Positions 55,198 to 64,000 of a DNA stretch of 64,000 nucleotides are shown piece after piece (position 1 is the first letter of the stretch; each line of letters starts with the position of its first letter). The notes under the pieces are model-generated. The model saw only the letters and a list, made by a program, of their open reading frames with translations. It was not told the DNA's origin and did no database searches. A program made the position numbers and the translations under genes. The stretch lies in contig CAXXTU010000002.1 in assembly GCA_963662655.2 (NCBI GenBank), positions 64,001-128,000 on the forward strand. The letters are read 5' to 3'. Source of the stretch: Candidatus Cloacimonadales bacterium (lineage in GTDB: Bacteria > Cloacimonadota > Cloacimonadia > Cloacimonadales > JAIOQZ01).

Positions 55198-55312
55198 CAG
55201 AATACTGAGATGGGAAATGGCCAAATCTCGAATACCTTGACATCTCCCTGCCTCTTCACGTGATACTCCACACGAAAACATTTTACTAATAAATCCACAA
55301 TGAGAGGATCCG

Positions 55313-55896
55313 ATGAGCGAAGAGAGAGAGCAGGCAAGCAGCGTGAGCGAAACCGGTGAAGATTTATCCCCGAAGGAAGCGAAGCAAGTCGAGCCGGGCA
55401 TCAAGGGGATGCTGGCGCTCCTTGCGATCATGGTTGTGCTGAGTCCTTTTGTGATCGGCGTGCAAACGGTGTTTTACTATCATGAAGTCGAAAGCGCCCC
55501 CCCCCCCCCCCCCCCCCCCCCGGTACCTGGGAGGCGATCACCAATCCCGAAGACGAGAGCTACAACCCACTGCTGGCAGCGCTTCTCGTGCTCGAGTTCG
55601 CCGTTGATGTCGCGCTCATCGTGGCCAGCTTCTACTTGATTGGCCCATTCTTCAAGAAGCAATCGAAATTCCCCAGGCTCTTCATCGCGATACGACTGTT
55701 CAACATAGGCTTTCTGTGGTTGGACAACATCGCGACCGTGTTGATGTTTCAGGATATATCGCTTATGGACGGGCAAACCGTAGCCTCGCTGATCAAGAGC
55801 ACGGTCTTTTCATTCGCGTGGATCATGTATGTTAGGCGATCAGAGCGGGTGAAGGTAACGTTCGTGAATGACAGCGGTGAAGGAAAGGTTCTGTAA
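55313..55896 (+). pseudogene. DUF2569-like membrane protein split by a C25 homopolymer
   Basis: 5' frame has GIKGML.LLAI..VLSPF. After the C-run another frame reads GTWEAITNPEDESYNPLL...FFKK...FP..FI...WIMYVRRSERVKVTFV, the family C-terminal motif. Confidence 0.8.
55497..55521. repeat. C25 homopolymer tract
   Basis: 25 consecutive C counted directly. Confidence 0.95.
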
Positions 55897-55897
55897 A

Positions 55898-56674
55898 CTA
55901 TATTCCGAATAGCCCGAGGTAGGCGTTTACCATCCAGTTTCCGAGGAAAACGTATACCATCGCGCCCAGGATGAGGAACGGCCCAAAGGGGAAATGCTTG
56001 TCTTTTTGCAGGCGCATCACGATAAATCCGACGATGGCCAAAATCGATGCGAAGAATATGGATATCAGTACCCCGCGAAATCCCAGGAAAGCGCCCAGCG
56101 CGGTGATGAGCTTGACGTCGCCCCCTCCCATTGCCTCGATATTCTTGAGCTTGAGATAAAGCCAGCCAAGTCCGTAGAAGAGGATGAACCCTGCCGCGGC
56201 TCCGCTCAGCGAGGAAAGGACGGATACGTCGGATCCCGGCACCAGACTGAATACCAATCCGATGGGAATCAAAGGAAGTGAGAGCGAATCGGGGATAATC
56301 ATGTGGAATGCGTCGATGAAGAAGATGATAACGCCCATAGAGAAGAGCAGCAGGTATTTGATGAAAAAGACGCTGACCTGATTTCCCGAGTGAATGAACA
56401 GCGAGAGGAAAAGGATCGCGGTGAGCAACTCCACCATGAAATAATGCCAGTGGATTTTCATTCCGCAAATTCTGCACTTCCCGCGCAGGGCGAGATAGCT
56501 CACGATGGGAATGTTGTTCCAGGGACGAATGGGCGTGTTACACCCCGGGCAGTGCGATGGCGGGGAGACGATGGATTCCTTGCGCGGAATCCGGTAAATG
56601 CACACGTTGAAAAAGCTGCCGAAAGCAGCGCCTAAGAAGAATACCAGGAAATATATCGGAAGAAGGAGCAGCAC
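55898..56674 (-). CDS. pilD: Prepilin peptidase (A24)
   Basis: GSFFNVCIYRIP, SHCPGC, GKCRIC, FID...IIPD, MGGGDVKL and PFGPFL. Confidence 0.95.
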   Translation of the reverse strand: MLLLLPIYFLVFFLGAAFGSFFNVCIYRIPRKESIVSPPSHCPGCNTPIRPWNNIPIVSYLALRGKCRICGMKIHWHYFMVELLTAILFLSLFIHSGNQVSVFFIKYLLLFSMGVIIFFIDAFHMIIPDSLSLPLIPIGLVFSLVPGSDVSVLSSLSGAAAGFILFYGLGWLYLKLKNIEAMGGGDVKLITALGAFLGFRGVLISIFFASILAIVGFIVMRLQKDKHFPFGPFLILGAMVYVFLGNWMVNAYLGLFGI

Positions 56675-56677
56675 GTA

Positions 56678-57145
56678 CTATCGCCAGGGATAATAGGAAC
56701 GACCGTAGGGGTAGTTGGTGTTGTACGATTGATAGTCGATGCGGATAACCGTGTTCTTGAAGGGGCGGTACTCCAGCGACATGTTCGGAAGAAGCTGGCT
56801 GTCGTTGTCGTCGTTGCCTTCGATATCGAATCCGCCATTCATGGTGGCGGTTCCGTCGTTGACGAAGTTCAGATCGATCTTGAAATCGAGGTCCTTGCTC
56901 AGGGCGTATCCGAGATGAGTCGTGTAGCGGGATTGATAGTAGCTCTGATCTCCGGCCACCCCGCTCATGAAACCCATGGAGTGGTTGACCGTCAGGTTGT
57001 CTGGATTGAACAGGGAATTGGAGAATTCGCTGCCCAGTGACGGAAGCTGAAAATGCGGATTGAATCCCGAATGATAAGCGTTATCCTGAGCGCTCAGAGA
57101 AAGTGACGCAACAGCGATTATCACGATAATCCAAAGACTTTTCAT
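56678..57145 (-). CDS. Exported hypothetical protein (beta-strand rich)
   Basis: AGGAG RBS, signal peptide and alternating hydrophobic strands; ends 3 bp before the pilD start. Confidence 0.75.
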   Translation of the reverse strand: MKSLWIIVIIAVASLSLSAQDNAYHSGFNPHFQLPSLGSEFSNSLFNPDNLTVNHSMGFMSGVAGDQSYYQSRYTTHLGYALSKDLDFKIDLNFVNDGTATMNGGFDIEGNDDNDSQLLPNMSLEYRPFKNTVIRIDYQSYNTNYPYGRSYYPWR

Positions 57146-57454
57146 GTTTGTCTCCTGCTATGAATTTCGTATCTCTTCATTCTTCGTTTCTTCCATCGAG
57201 ATCATTATACGATGCCGAAATTCCTCATCTATTTATAATTTCTTACCCGTGCGATATTTTGTCAAACAATATCCAGAAAGAAATCTTCTCGCGATTTTCC
57301 GAGAAAAAGTTTTACAACCTTCATGGAAAATCCTCATATTGCATTCGTGAATAGCGAGGCATTTCTTCAATCGTATAACGAGTTTGTCATCGTGCTTGTT
57401 ACATGATTCACGTTGGAATGTAATCATACAATTGCAAACAATAAAGGAGTACTA

Positions 57455-58393
57455 ATGCAGTGGGCAATCAGTTTATTCGTTTTGGCGATCATGTTGCTAT
57501 CGGGATGTTCCGGAAAGAAGGAACAGGATAAGGTCGATCTCAGGAAATTGTGGGATTTTCGCGACCCTGCTGGAACGGAGCAGCGTTTTCGCGCATTGCT
57601 CGCTCAGCACGACGAAATGACTGAGTACGGTTTGGAGATCAAGACGCAGATTGCCCGTACGATGGGGCTCCGCGGGATGTTCGATGAAGGGCATGCCTTG
57701 CTGGATTCCGTGGACGTGGCGCTGAAGGACGACATGCGCGCCGTACGTATCCGCTCGCTGCTTGAAAGAGGACGCCTCCTTAATAGCGCGGGAAGCCCCG
57801 ATCGGGCGGCTTCGCTCTTCCAGGAAGCCTGGGAGCGCTCCCGGGAAGCAGGCTACGATAACTATGCCATCGATTCGGCGCACATGATGGCGATCGTGCT
57901 TCCGCCCGACCAGCAGCTCGAGTGGAACCTGAAGGCGCTCGATCTGATCGAGAAATCCGACGATCCCGCCTTGCAAGGCTGGAAGGGTCCTTTGTACAAC
58001 AACATCGGCTGGACCTACTTCGATCAGGGGGATGCTGAGACGGCTCTGATGTACTTCCTGAAGGACGTCAACTTCCGCACGGAGTTTGGCGACGAGGACG
58101 GCAGGAGGATTTCACAGTGGTCCGTGGCGCGAACCTATCGCGAACTGGGGCGTAAAGCCGAAGCGCTCGATCTCCAGCAGAAGATCGAAAAAGAGATCGA
58201 GGACAAGAAGCTTCCCGCAGACGGCTTTGTATTTGAGGAATTGGGAGAGCTTCACCTCGAAAATGGAGATAGCGAGACGGCAGGCCGGTACTTTGCTTCG
58301 GCGTATAAAGTTTTGAAAGAAGATCAGTGGTTCCGTGAGAATGAGAAGGCGCGCCTCGAGCGCATGAGGAAACTGGGAAATGTTAAAGAGTAG
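57455..58393 (+). CDS. TPR-containing lipoprotein
   Basis: AAGGAG RBS; lipobox LSGC; LWDF.DP..TE.RF, LERGR, AIDSAHM and LYNNIGWTY. Confidence 0.85.
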   Translation: MQWAISLFVLAIMLLSGCSGKKEQDKVDLRKLWDFRDPAGTEQRFRALLAQHDEMTEYGLEIKTQIARTMGLRGMFDEGHALLDSVDVALKDDMRAVRIRSLLERGRLLNSAGSPDRAASLFQEAWERSREAGYDNYAIDSAHMMAIVLPPDQQLEWNLKALDLIEKSDDPALQGWKGPLYNNIGWTYFDQGDAETALMYFLKDVNFRTEFGDEDGRRISQWSVARTYRELGRKAEALDLQQKIEKEIEDKKLPADGFVFEELGELHLENGDSETAGRYFASAYKVLKEDQWFRENEKARLERMRKLGNVKE

Positions 58394-58408
58394 TGAACGG
58401 GAGGATTT

Positions 58409-61054
58409 ATGAGGAGAACGCTGCTTGTCGCTTTAATCGCTGTTCTGGCGCTGTTTGTTTTTATGGATGCGGGAAGGATGTATCGTGGATATACCAACCC
58501 GAAGAAGAAATTGAATTACAAGCCGAAGTTCATCGAGCGTCCGTATGGCCCTAAGATCGCGAAAGAACCGGCTGCGCTTCCGAACGAGTGGATGGGGTAT
58601 CAGAGAATGTATCCTGCATTTTCCATGAACATGGACGCGCATCGTGAGGAGCTGCGTAAGGCTGCCGACATGAAAAGGCAGTCCTCCAACCGTATCTACG
58701 AGTGGGAGCTGGTGGGGCCTGCGAATATCGGAGGACGGATTACCGATATCGAGATTCATCCCGACGAGCCCGAGACATGGTACATTGGGGCGGCAACGGG
58801 CGGTATGTATAAAACGACGGACAACGGTTCCTCTTTCGTGAACGTTTTCACCGATCTTCCCACCATCTCGGTGGGCGACATCGCCATCGACCCCAACGAT
58901 ACGCAAGTGTTATACGTGGGAACGGGCGAAGCCAACTCATCCAGCCAGAGCTTCTTCGGCTCGGGCGTCTACAAATCGACGGACGCTGGGGAGACGTGGG
59001 AGTCTTCAGGACTGGAGAACTCCATCTACATCGGGCGCATGATCGTCGATTACAACGATTCGCAGCGTGTGTTCGCGGCAGTGTGCGGTAACCTGTTCAG
59101 TCCGAATCCGGATCGCGGCGTTTATCGCAGCGTCAACGGGGGGGCAGAGTGGGAACGGGTGCTTTTCGTTTCCGATTCAACTTCGGCGATCGACCTCGTG
59201 CAGCACCCGCAGAATCCGCAGATTCTCTACGCCGCCATGTGGGAGAGAATTCGGGGCAGGAACTATCGGAAATCGGGCGGACCGAGCTCGGGAATCTACA
59301 AGACGGAGGATGGCGGCGATACGTGGGTTGAACTCACCAACGGATTACCACTGAGCGAGTACGTCGGCAGGATAGGGCTTTGCATCTCGCATAGCGATCC
59401 GGACGTTCTATACGCCTTTTACGATAAACAGATGCAATCGTACGAAAGCTTCTCGTTCGATGGGCTATACAGAACCTCCAATGGCGGGGCATCGTGGGCG
59501 CGAACCGACGACAGCAGCCTGGACGACATCAACGCGAGCTTCGGCTGGTACTTCGGGCAGGTGCGGGTCGATCCCTCGGATCCCGACAGGATTTACGCCC
59601 TCGGCGTCGATCTCGTACGATCCGATGACGGCGGCGACAGCTACGATCACATTGCCGGGTACTGGAATTCGGACGAGATTCATGTGGATCATCACGCCAT
59701 GGTGATCGATCCCAACACGGGGCGCATCGTGGAAGGCAACGACGGGGGGCTTTACGTCAGCTATAACTACGGTGACGACTGGGCCAAGATCAATGTGCTT
59801 CCCATGACGCAGTTCTATGCGATCGAGATCGATCAAAATCACCCCGAGAGACGATACGGCGGAACCCAGGATAACAATTCCATTCGCACATTCACAGGGG
59901 CGTCGGATGACTGGATTGCCTTCCTCGGTGGTGACGGCTTTTACGTGAAAGTGGATGAAGCAAGTACTGACCAGGAATGGGTGTATGCTGAATCCCAGTA
60001 TGGTGAATTGTCCCGCGTAAATCCGACAACGGGATCGGGGCATTACCTTCTGAACAACCAGATGCAATCGGATCGGAAGAACTGGTCGACACCGATCGAG
60101 ACGGATTCGAACAATCCCGGGACGATCTACTACGGATCGTATCGGGTATGGAAATCGACAAATTCCGGCAACACATGGACCGCGATCAGCGAAGACCTCA
60201 CGCAAGGGAATACCGGTGGCGGTTACAATACGTTGACCACGATCGCTGTATCAGCCTACGGCGACGTCTTGACCGGTAGCGACGACGGACAGGTGTATTA
60301 CGGGCAATCGGGAACGAGCTGGGCGAATATCTCCGACGGGCTTCCGGACAGATGGATCACGCGTGTCGCATTCGATCCATTCGAGCCCACGAAGTGGTAT
60401 GCGACCGTCTCCGGCTTCCGCTGGGACGAAGACACGCCGCACGTGTTCCGCTACGACTTCTTTGATCAGGCGTGGACGGATATTTCGTCAAACCTGCCGC
60501 AGATTCCCGTCAACGTGATTCTGCCGGATCCTCTTCAGGAAAACGTCCTCTTCGTGGGAACGGACTGCGGCGTCTATTACACGCTCGATGGCGGTAACAA
60601 CTGGGAAAGCCTCTCCGAGAATCTTCCCAACGTTCCGATCATCGATCTCGATATGCACGTCGCTTCGCACTCCATGTACGCCGGAACCTACGGTTGTTCG
60701 ATGTACCGTATCGATGAGCTGCCACAGCTTTCCGTCGATACGCAGAGCGTGACGCAAATGCCTGTTCGCCTTAACCAGAATTCGCCGAATCCATTCTCGA
60801 TCACGGGTGGATCGCAGGGTACTGCGATTTCGTTCTCGATCCCGAAAGCGGCGAAGGTGGACCTCTCCATCTACAACGTGCGTGGACAGAAGATCAAAGT
60901 GCTGCGCTCGGATCGATTGGAGAAGGGTGATTATTCGTTACATTGGGATGGAACGGACTCCAGCGGTAAAAGCGTTTCATCCGGGGTTTATCTATACCGG
61001 CTGGACATGGATGGCAAGAAGGTGGCTGTCAGGAAGTGCACGGTTATAAAATAG
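58409..61054 (+). CDS. Secreted BNR/Asp-box (VPS10-like) beta-propeller protein with FlgD-Ig/T9SS-like CTD
   Basis: GPANIGGR; repeated S/T.D.G.TW Asp-boxes; HVDHH, GNDGG and GGTQDN; QNSPNPF...SGVYLYRL CTD. Confidence 0.9.
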   Translation: MRRTLLVALIAVLALFVFMDAGRMYRGYTNPKKKLNYKPKFIERPYGPKIAKEPAALPNEWMGYQRMYPAFSMNMDAHREELRKAADMKRQSSNRIYEWELVGPANIGGRITDIEIHPDEPETWYIGAATGGMYKTTDNGSSFVNVFTDLPTISVGDIAIDPNDTQVLYVGTGEANSSSQSFFGSGVYKSTDAGETWESSGLENSIYIGRMIVDYNDSQRVFAAVCGNLFSPNPDRGVYRSVNGGAEWERVLFVSDSTSAIDLVQHPQNPQILYAAMWERIRGRNYRKSGGPSSGIYKTEDGGDTWVELTNGLPLSEYVGRIGLCISHSDPDVLYAFYDKQMQSYESFSFDGLYRTSNGGASWARTDDSSLDDINASFGWYFGQVRVDPSDPDRIYALGVDLVRSDDGGDSYDHIAGYWNSDEIHVDHHAMVIDPNTGRIVEGNDGGLYVSYNYGDDWAKINVLPMTQFYAIEIDQNHPERRYGGTQDNNSIRTFTGASDDWIAFLGGDGFYVKVDEASTDQEWVYAESQYGELSRVNPTTGSGHYLLNNQMQSDRKNWSTPIETDSNNPGTIYYGSYRVWKSTNSGNTWTAISEDLTQGNTGGGYNTLTTIAVSAYGDVLTGSDDGQVYYGQSGTSWANISDGLPDRWITRVAFDPFEPTKWYATVSGFRWDEDTPHVFRYDFFDQAWTDISSNLPQIPVNVILPDPLQENVLFVGTDCGVYYTLDGGNNWESLSENLPNVPIIDLDMHVASHSMYAGTYGCSMYRIDELPQLSVDTQSVTQMPVRLNQNSPNPFSITGGSQGTAISFSIPKAAKVDLSIYNVRGQKIKVLRSDRLEKGDYSLHWDGTDSSGKSVSSGVYLYRLDMDGKKVAVRKCTVIK

Positions 61055-61068
61055 TTGAAGAGGCACGA

Positions 61069-61419
61069 ATGAATACGAACGAAATCAGAGCGTATTGCCT
61101 TGGCAAGGCCGGCGCATTTGAGGATTTTCCCTTTGGCGACGATGTCCTCGTGATGAAGGTCGGATCGAAGATGTTTGCGATTCTCGCGGAGCATGAGGAC
61201 GGTCCCCGCATATCGCTGAAATGCGATCCGATGCTCGCACTTTCCCTGCGAGAGCAATATGCCTCGGTCAAGCCCGGATATCATCTGAACAAGCAGCATT
61301 GGAACACGATTCATGTGGATGGTTCGATACAACGCGAGAAGCTGGAGGAGTGGATCGATCTTTCGTACGATCTTGTGTATAAAACGTTGAAGAAGTCGGA
61401 GAAAGAGAAGATACGATAG
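61069..61419 (+). CDS. MmcQ/YjbR family DNA-binding protein
   Basis: FPFG....V.KVG.KMFA, LKCDP, PGYHLNKQHWNT and SYDLV. Confidence 0.93.
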   Translation: MNTNEIRAYCLGKAGAFEDFPFGDDVLVMKVGSKMFAILAEHEDGPRISLKCDPMLALSLREQYASVKPGYHLNKQHWNTIHVDGSIQREKLEEWIDLSYDLVYKTLKKSEKEKIR

Positions 61420-62127
61420 CTAAAGCGGGATGGATATCTTGAGGTTGTTGCCGTCGAGCGCAACCGATGAACAGAAATTGTTGATGATGTCGATGCCGTG
61501 GAAATGATCGCGCAATTCCAGATCGATACCGGAACGCTCGTAGTATTGACCCAGGTTTGTCTGGCACCCTTCATCCTGAATCTTGATCCAGAGCGACCGC
61601 GTTTCGGGGTTGAGCGTTACAACGCAATCGATGTGCTTCTCGCGAATCCCACCATTGCCATGTAAAATCGAATTCGCAATGATTTCTCGCAGTATGAGGG
61701 ATATCCGGAAGAGCGCGTTTTCTCCGTTTACGCCGTGACAGCTCCTGAGATATGTCAGGATGTTGGACAGCATGGTTTCAGACTCCGAGAAACTGCTCGC
61801 GATCCGGTACTGTAAAGAGCCGGTCCCGTTGCGGTGACTGCGGACGGCGTTTTCAATAACCTGGGCGAGCAGGAGTTGCGTAACAGTATGCGTGCAGACA
61901 ATGTGTGCCAGAGCGAGGTTTTCGCGATTGTCTGTCACTAGTTTTTTGCATTCGGTATCGCCAACGATGATTATATGATTGACAGGATAGTGCGTAAATT
62001 CCTTATTCTCAATGGAAATGAACTGCACATCAAGGATGTCTGGCCTCATAACTCCATCATTAGACAACAATTTCTGCAACGGCATTTTTTTCAATGAATT
62101 CGAAATGCACAGTTTTATTTTTTCCAT
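61420..62127 (-). CDS. RsbW/HATPase_c-like protein with divergent ATP-binding boxes
   Basis: LREIIANSILHGN (N-box), IQDEG (G1) and GIDII; unrecognised N-terminal half. Confidence 0.7.
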   Translation of the reverse strand: MEKIKLCISNSLKKMPLQKLLSNDGVMRPDILDVQFISIENKEFTHYPVNHIIIVGDTECKKLVTDNRENLALAHIVCTHTVTQLLLAQVIENAVRSHRNGTGSLQYRIASSFSESETMLSNILTYLRSCHGVNGENALFRISLILREIIANSILHGNGGIREKHIDCVVTLNPETRSLWIKIQDEGCQTNLGQYYERSGIDLELRDHFHGIDIINNFCSSVALDGNNLKISIPL

Positions 62128-62245
62128 CAACTCACCTGCGTCTGTGTTCTATATGAGAAAATAAAGGAAAGCCTATGCAATCCCAATAAATAACGTTATT
62201 TTTACTCTTCGGGAGCAGATCGAAGCCGGGTTGCGGAATGTGGGT

Positions 62246-62430
62246 GTCGATAACCACCATCTGCGCGGCGGGGCGGCGTAGAATCACACGTCTGCCCGAT
62301 ACATATCTACGAATAATCGAAGCATAGACCTTTGAACGTGCGTAGATACGTATCGGGCTTTTCTGTGTGATTCTACAGGGCCGAAGGCCCTGTTAGTGCG
62401 CGAAGCGCACACGCCGCCCCGCCGCTGGGT
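62246..62430. repeat. Structured intergenic repeat, copy 2 (four-way junction with 15-bp terminal inverted repeat)
   Basis: Perfect IR 62265-62279/62411-62425; stems 62278-62289/62365-62376 and 62294-62311/62341-62358 (one mismatch); ACAGGGCC-GAA-GGCCCTGT; GTGCGC-GAA-GCGCAC at 62396-62410. Confidence 0.85.
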
Positions 62431-62466
62431 CGGGTGAGCAATCTTGAGTCAGCAGATAGCAAAACG

Positions 62467-62496
62467 AAAAGAGGCACGAAGTCAATTCGTGCCTCT
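62467..62496 (-). terminator. Intrinsic terminator after purN
   Basis: AGAGGCACGAA-GTCAA-TTCGTGCCTCT with an A-tract on the left. Confidence 0.8.
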
Positions 62497-62514
62497 CCAG
62501 ATGATTATCTATGA

Positions 62515-63147
62515 TTACAAAGCGTAGGTGATCAAGGATCTCTTCGCCGAGCGGCGTAATCGCTTATGCGAGCGCAGCAGACTCCAGATGGTCTTCGGAT
62601 AGAGACTATGCTCCTCTTTCAGAACTTTCCTCGCCACTTCTTCTGCCGTTTTGCATTGCCGGATGCTGACTGTTTTCCTGGCAATGATCTCACCGGCGTC
62701 GTATTCGTCGCTAACGTAATGTACCGTAACCCCAGAAGCGCCTTCCCGGGCCTCGAACACGGCTTGGTGAACTGCCATTCCGTACATTCCTTTCCCGCCG
62801 TACTTGGGTAACAGCGCTGGGTGGATGTTGATGACCGGGCAGCCAACCGTCTTCAGGAACTCGCCCGACAGTTTCCGCATGAATCCCGCGAGAACGATCA
62901 GATCGATCCGGTGGGCGTCGACAAGCGCGTGAAGCTGCTCCTCGAAAACTGCGAGATCGCTTGTCGGGAGGAAATGACACGGGACCTTCAGGCGCTCGCA
63001 GCGCTCCTTGATGGGCGCATCCTCCCGGTTGATGGTCACAAAGGATATCGAGACCGGTAAGCGATGCTTGTGGAAGTAGTTGAATATCGCTTCGAAATTG
63101 GAACCCCGACTCATGCCTGAGGTTAGAATCGCAATCCTGGCGCTCAT
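62515..63147 (-). CDS. purN: Phosphoribosylglycinamide formyltransferase
   Basis: RGSNFEAI, LAGFMR.L, NIHPALLP, GVTVHYV and YDAG; ATGA overlap with aspS. Confidence 0.96.
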   Translation of the reverse strand: MSARIAILTSGMSRGSNFEAIFNYFHKHRLPVSISFVTINREDAPIKERCERLKVPCHFLPTSDLAVFEEQLHALVDAHRIDLIVLAGFMRKLSGEFLKTVGCPVINIHPALLPKYGGKGMYGMAVHQAVFEAREGASGVTVHYVSDEYDAGEIIARKTVSIRQCKTAEEVARKVLKEEHSLYPKTIWSLLRSHKRLRRSAKRSLITYAL

Positions 63148-64000
63148 TTGCCCTGATCCTCCGAAACAATCTCCAGATATAGCTCTTCAAGCTGTTTGTC
63201 GGAAACATAGGACGGCGCTTCACTCATGAGGTCGACAGCCTTGAGCGTCTTCGGGAAGGGAATTACGTCGCGGATTGAATCGGATTGCGACATGATCATC
63301 ACCAGGCGGTCGATTCCCGGCGCGATACCGCCATGCGGCGGGGTGCCGTAATCGAGCGCGCGCAGGAAGAATCCGAATTTCTCCTGAAGCTCCTCTTCGG
63401 TGAATCCGAGGACGTCGAAAATCTTGCGCTGGATGTCGGGCCTGTGGCAACGGATGCTTCCCGAGGAAAGCTCCATGCCGTTGCAAACGAGGTCGTACAG
63501 TTCGCCTTCGATCCGGTGCCAGTCCTCTTCTTTATCGAAGTACTGGAGATGCTCTGCCTTGGGAAGAGTGAACATGTGGTGCGCGGTTTCCCAGCGCTGA
63601 TCGTCTTCGTTGTACTCGAAGAGCGGGAAGTCGGTAATCCACAGGAAGTTGTACTTGCTCTGGTCGATGAGATCGAGTTGGCGTGCCAGCTTGTTACGAA
63701 CCGCGTCAAGCACCTTGAACACGATCGTGTTGCGGTCCGCTCCGAAGAGGATCAAATCCCCGTCGTTCGCTTTCGACTCACTCAGGATTCCCGCCTTTTC
63801 GTCATCCACGAGGAACTTGGAGATACCGGCAGTCAGTTCACCGTTCTCCACCTTGCAGAACGCCAGACCTTTTCCTCCGACATGCTTTGCCACGTCGGTA
63901 AGCTCGTCGATCTGCTTGCGAGAGTATCCCGCGCATCCCGGAGCAACGATGCAGCGTACGCTTCCACCGGAACCGAGGGCCCCGTTGAATACCTGAAACT
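63144..64000 (-). CDS. aspS: Aspartate--tRNA ligase, partial (5' end outside window)
   Basis: Frame is open to the window end; FLWITDFPLFE, HHMFT, YDLVCNG.EL..GSIR, YGTPPHGGIA.G.DR and IRDVIPFPKT. Confidence 0.96.
   Translation of the reverse strand, partial: FQVFNGALGSGGSVRCIVAPGCAGYSRKQIDELTDVAKHVGGKGLAFCKVENGELTAGISKFLVDDEKAGILSESKANDGDLILFGADRNTIVFKVLDAVRNKLARQLDLIDQSKYNFLWITDFPLFEYNEDDQRWETAHHMFTLPKAEHLQYFDKEEDWHRIEGELYDLVCNGMELSSGSIRCHRPDIQRKIFDVLGFTEEELQEKFGFFLRALDYGTPPHGGIAPGIDRLVMIMSQSDSIRDVIPFPKTLKAVDLMSEAPSYVSDKQLEELYLEIVSEDQGK

Noticed and set aside
1..64000. CRISPR array, prophage, transposase, retron or DGR
   Set aside because: No regularly spaced direct repeats and no cas, phage, transposase or reverse-transcriptase genes were seen by eye; short or degenerate repeats could have been missed.

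Overview
A 64 kb stretch of chromosomal backbone from a moderately GC-rich Gram-negative bacterium. It is most likely Ca. Cloacimonadota or another FCB-group anaerobe; this is inferred from five secreted proteins ending in an N(Y/F/S)PNPF...FlgD-Ig/T9SS-like C-terminal domain and from gingipain-like C25 and M14 peptidases. Coding content: TonB-dependent receptor plus DUF4249 lipoprotein, gmd-fcl with an acyltransferase and GT4, a Wzz-like and O-antigen ligase pair, a secreted peptidase cluster, MacAB-type ABC exporter, an orphan flagellin, two Hsp20 genes, cutC, a pilin-like gene, a 1789-aa four-module beta-helix protein, tatD-tcdA, a degenerate CheB-CheR, PEPCK, trmFO, asparaginase, a frameshifted ABC-F, ornithine carbamoyltransferase, a gene split by a C25 homopolymer, pilD, purN and partial aspS. 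RNA and regulatory features: tRNA-His, a cobalamin riboswitch before a YncE/BtuG-like gene, a CIRCE before the Hsp20 genes and a sigma-54-like promoter before the peptidase cluster. No transposase, integrase, phage gene or CRISPR array was seen. The most notable unexplained signal is a dispersed family of intergenic four-way-junction elements (7124-7325, 62246-62430, and a collapsed copy at about 36911-36960). They share terminal inverted repeats and a covarying GCGAAGC mini-hairpin but carry unrelated internal arms. Other large unexplained hairpin structures lie at about 26000-26222 and 32642-32812. All calls come from motif reading by eye; no database searches were run.
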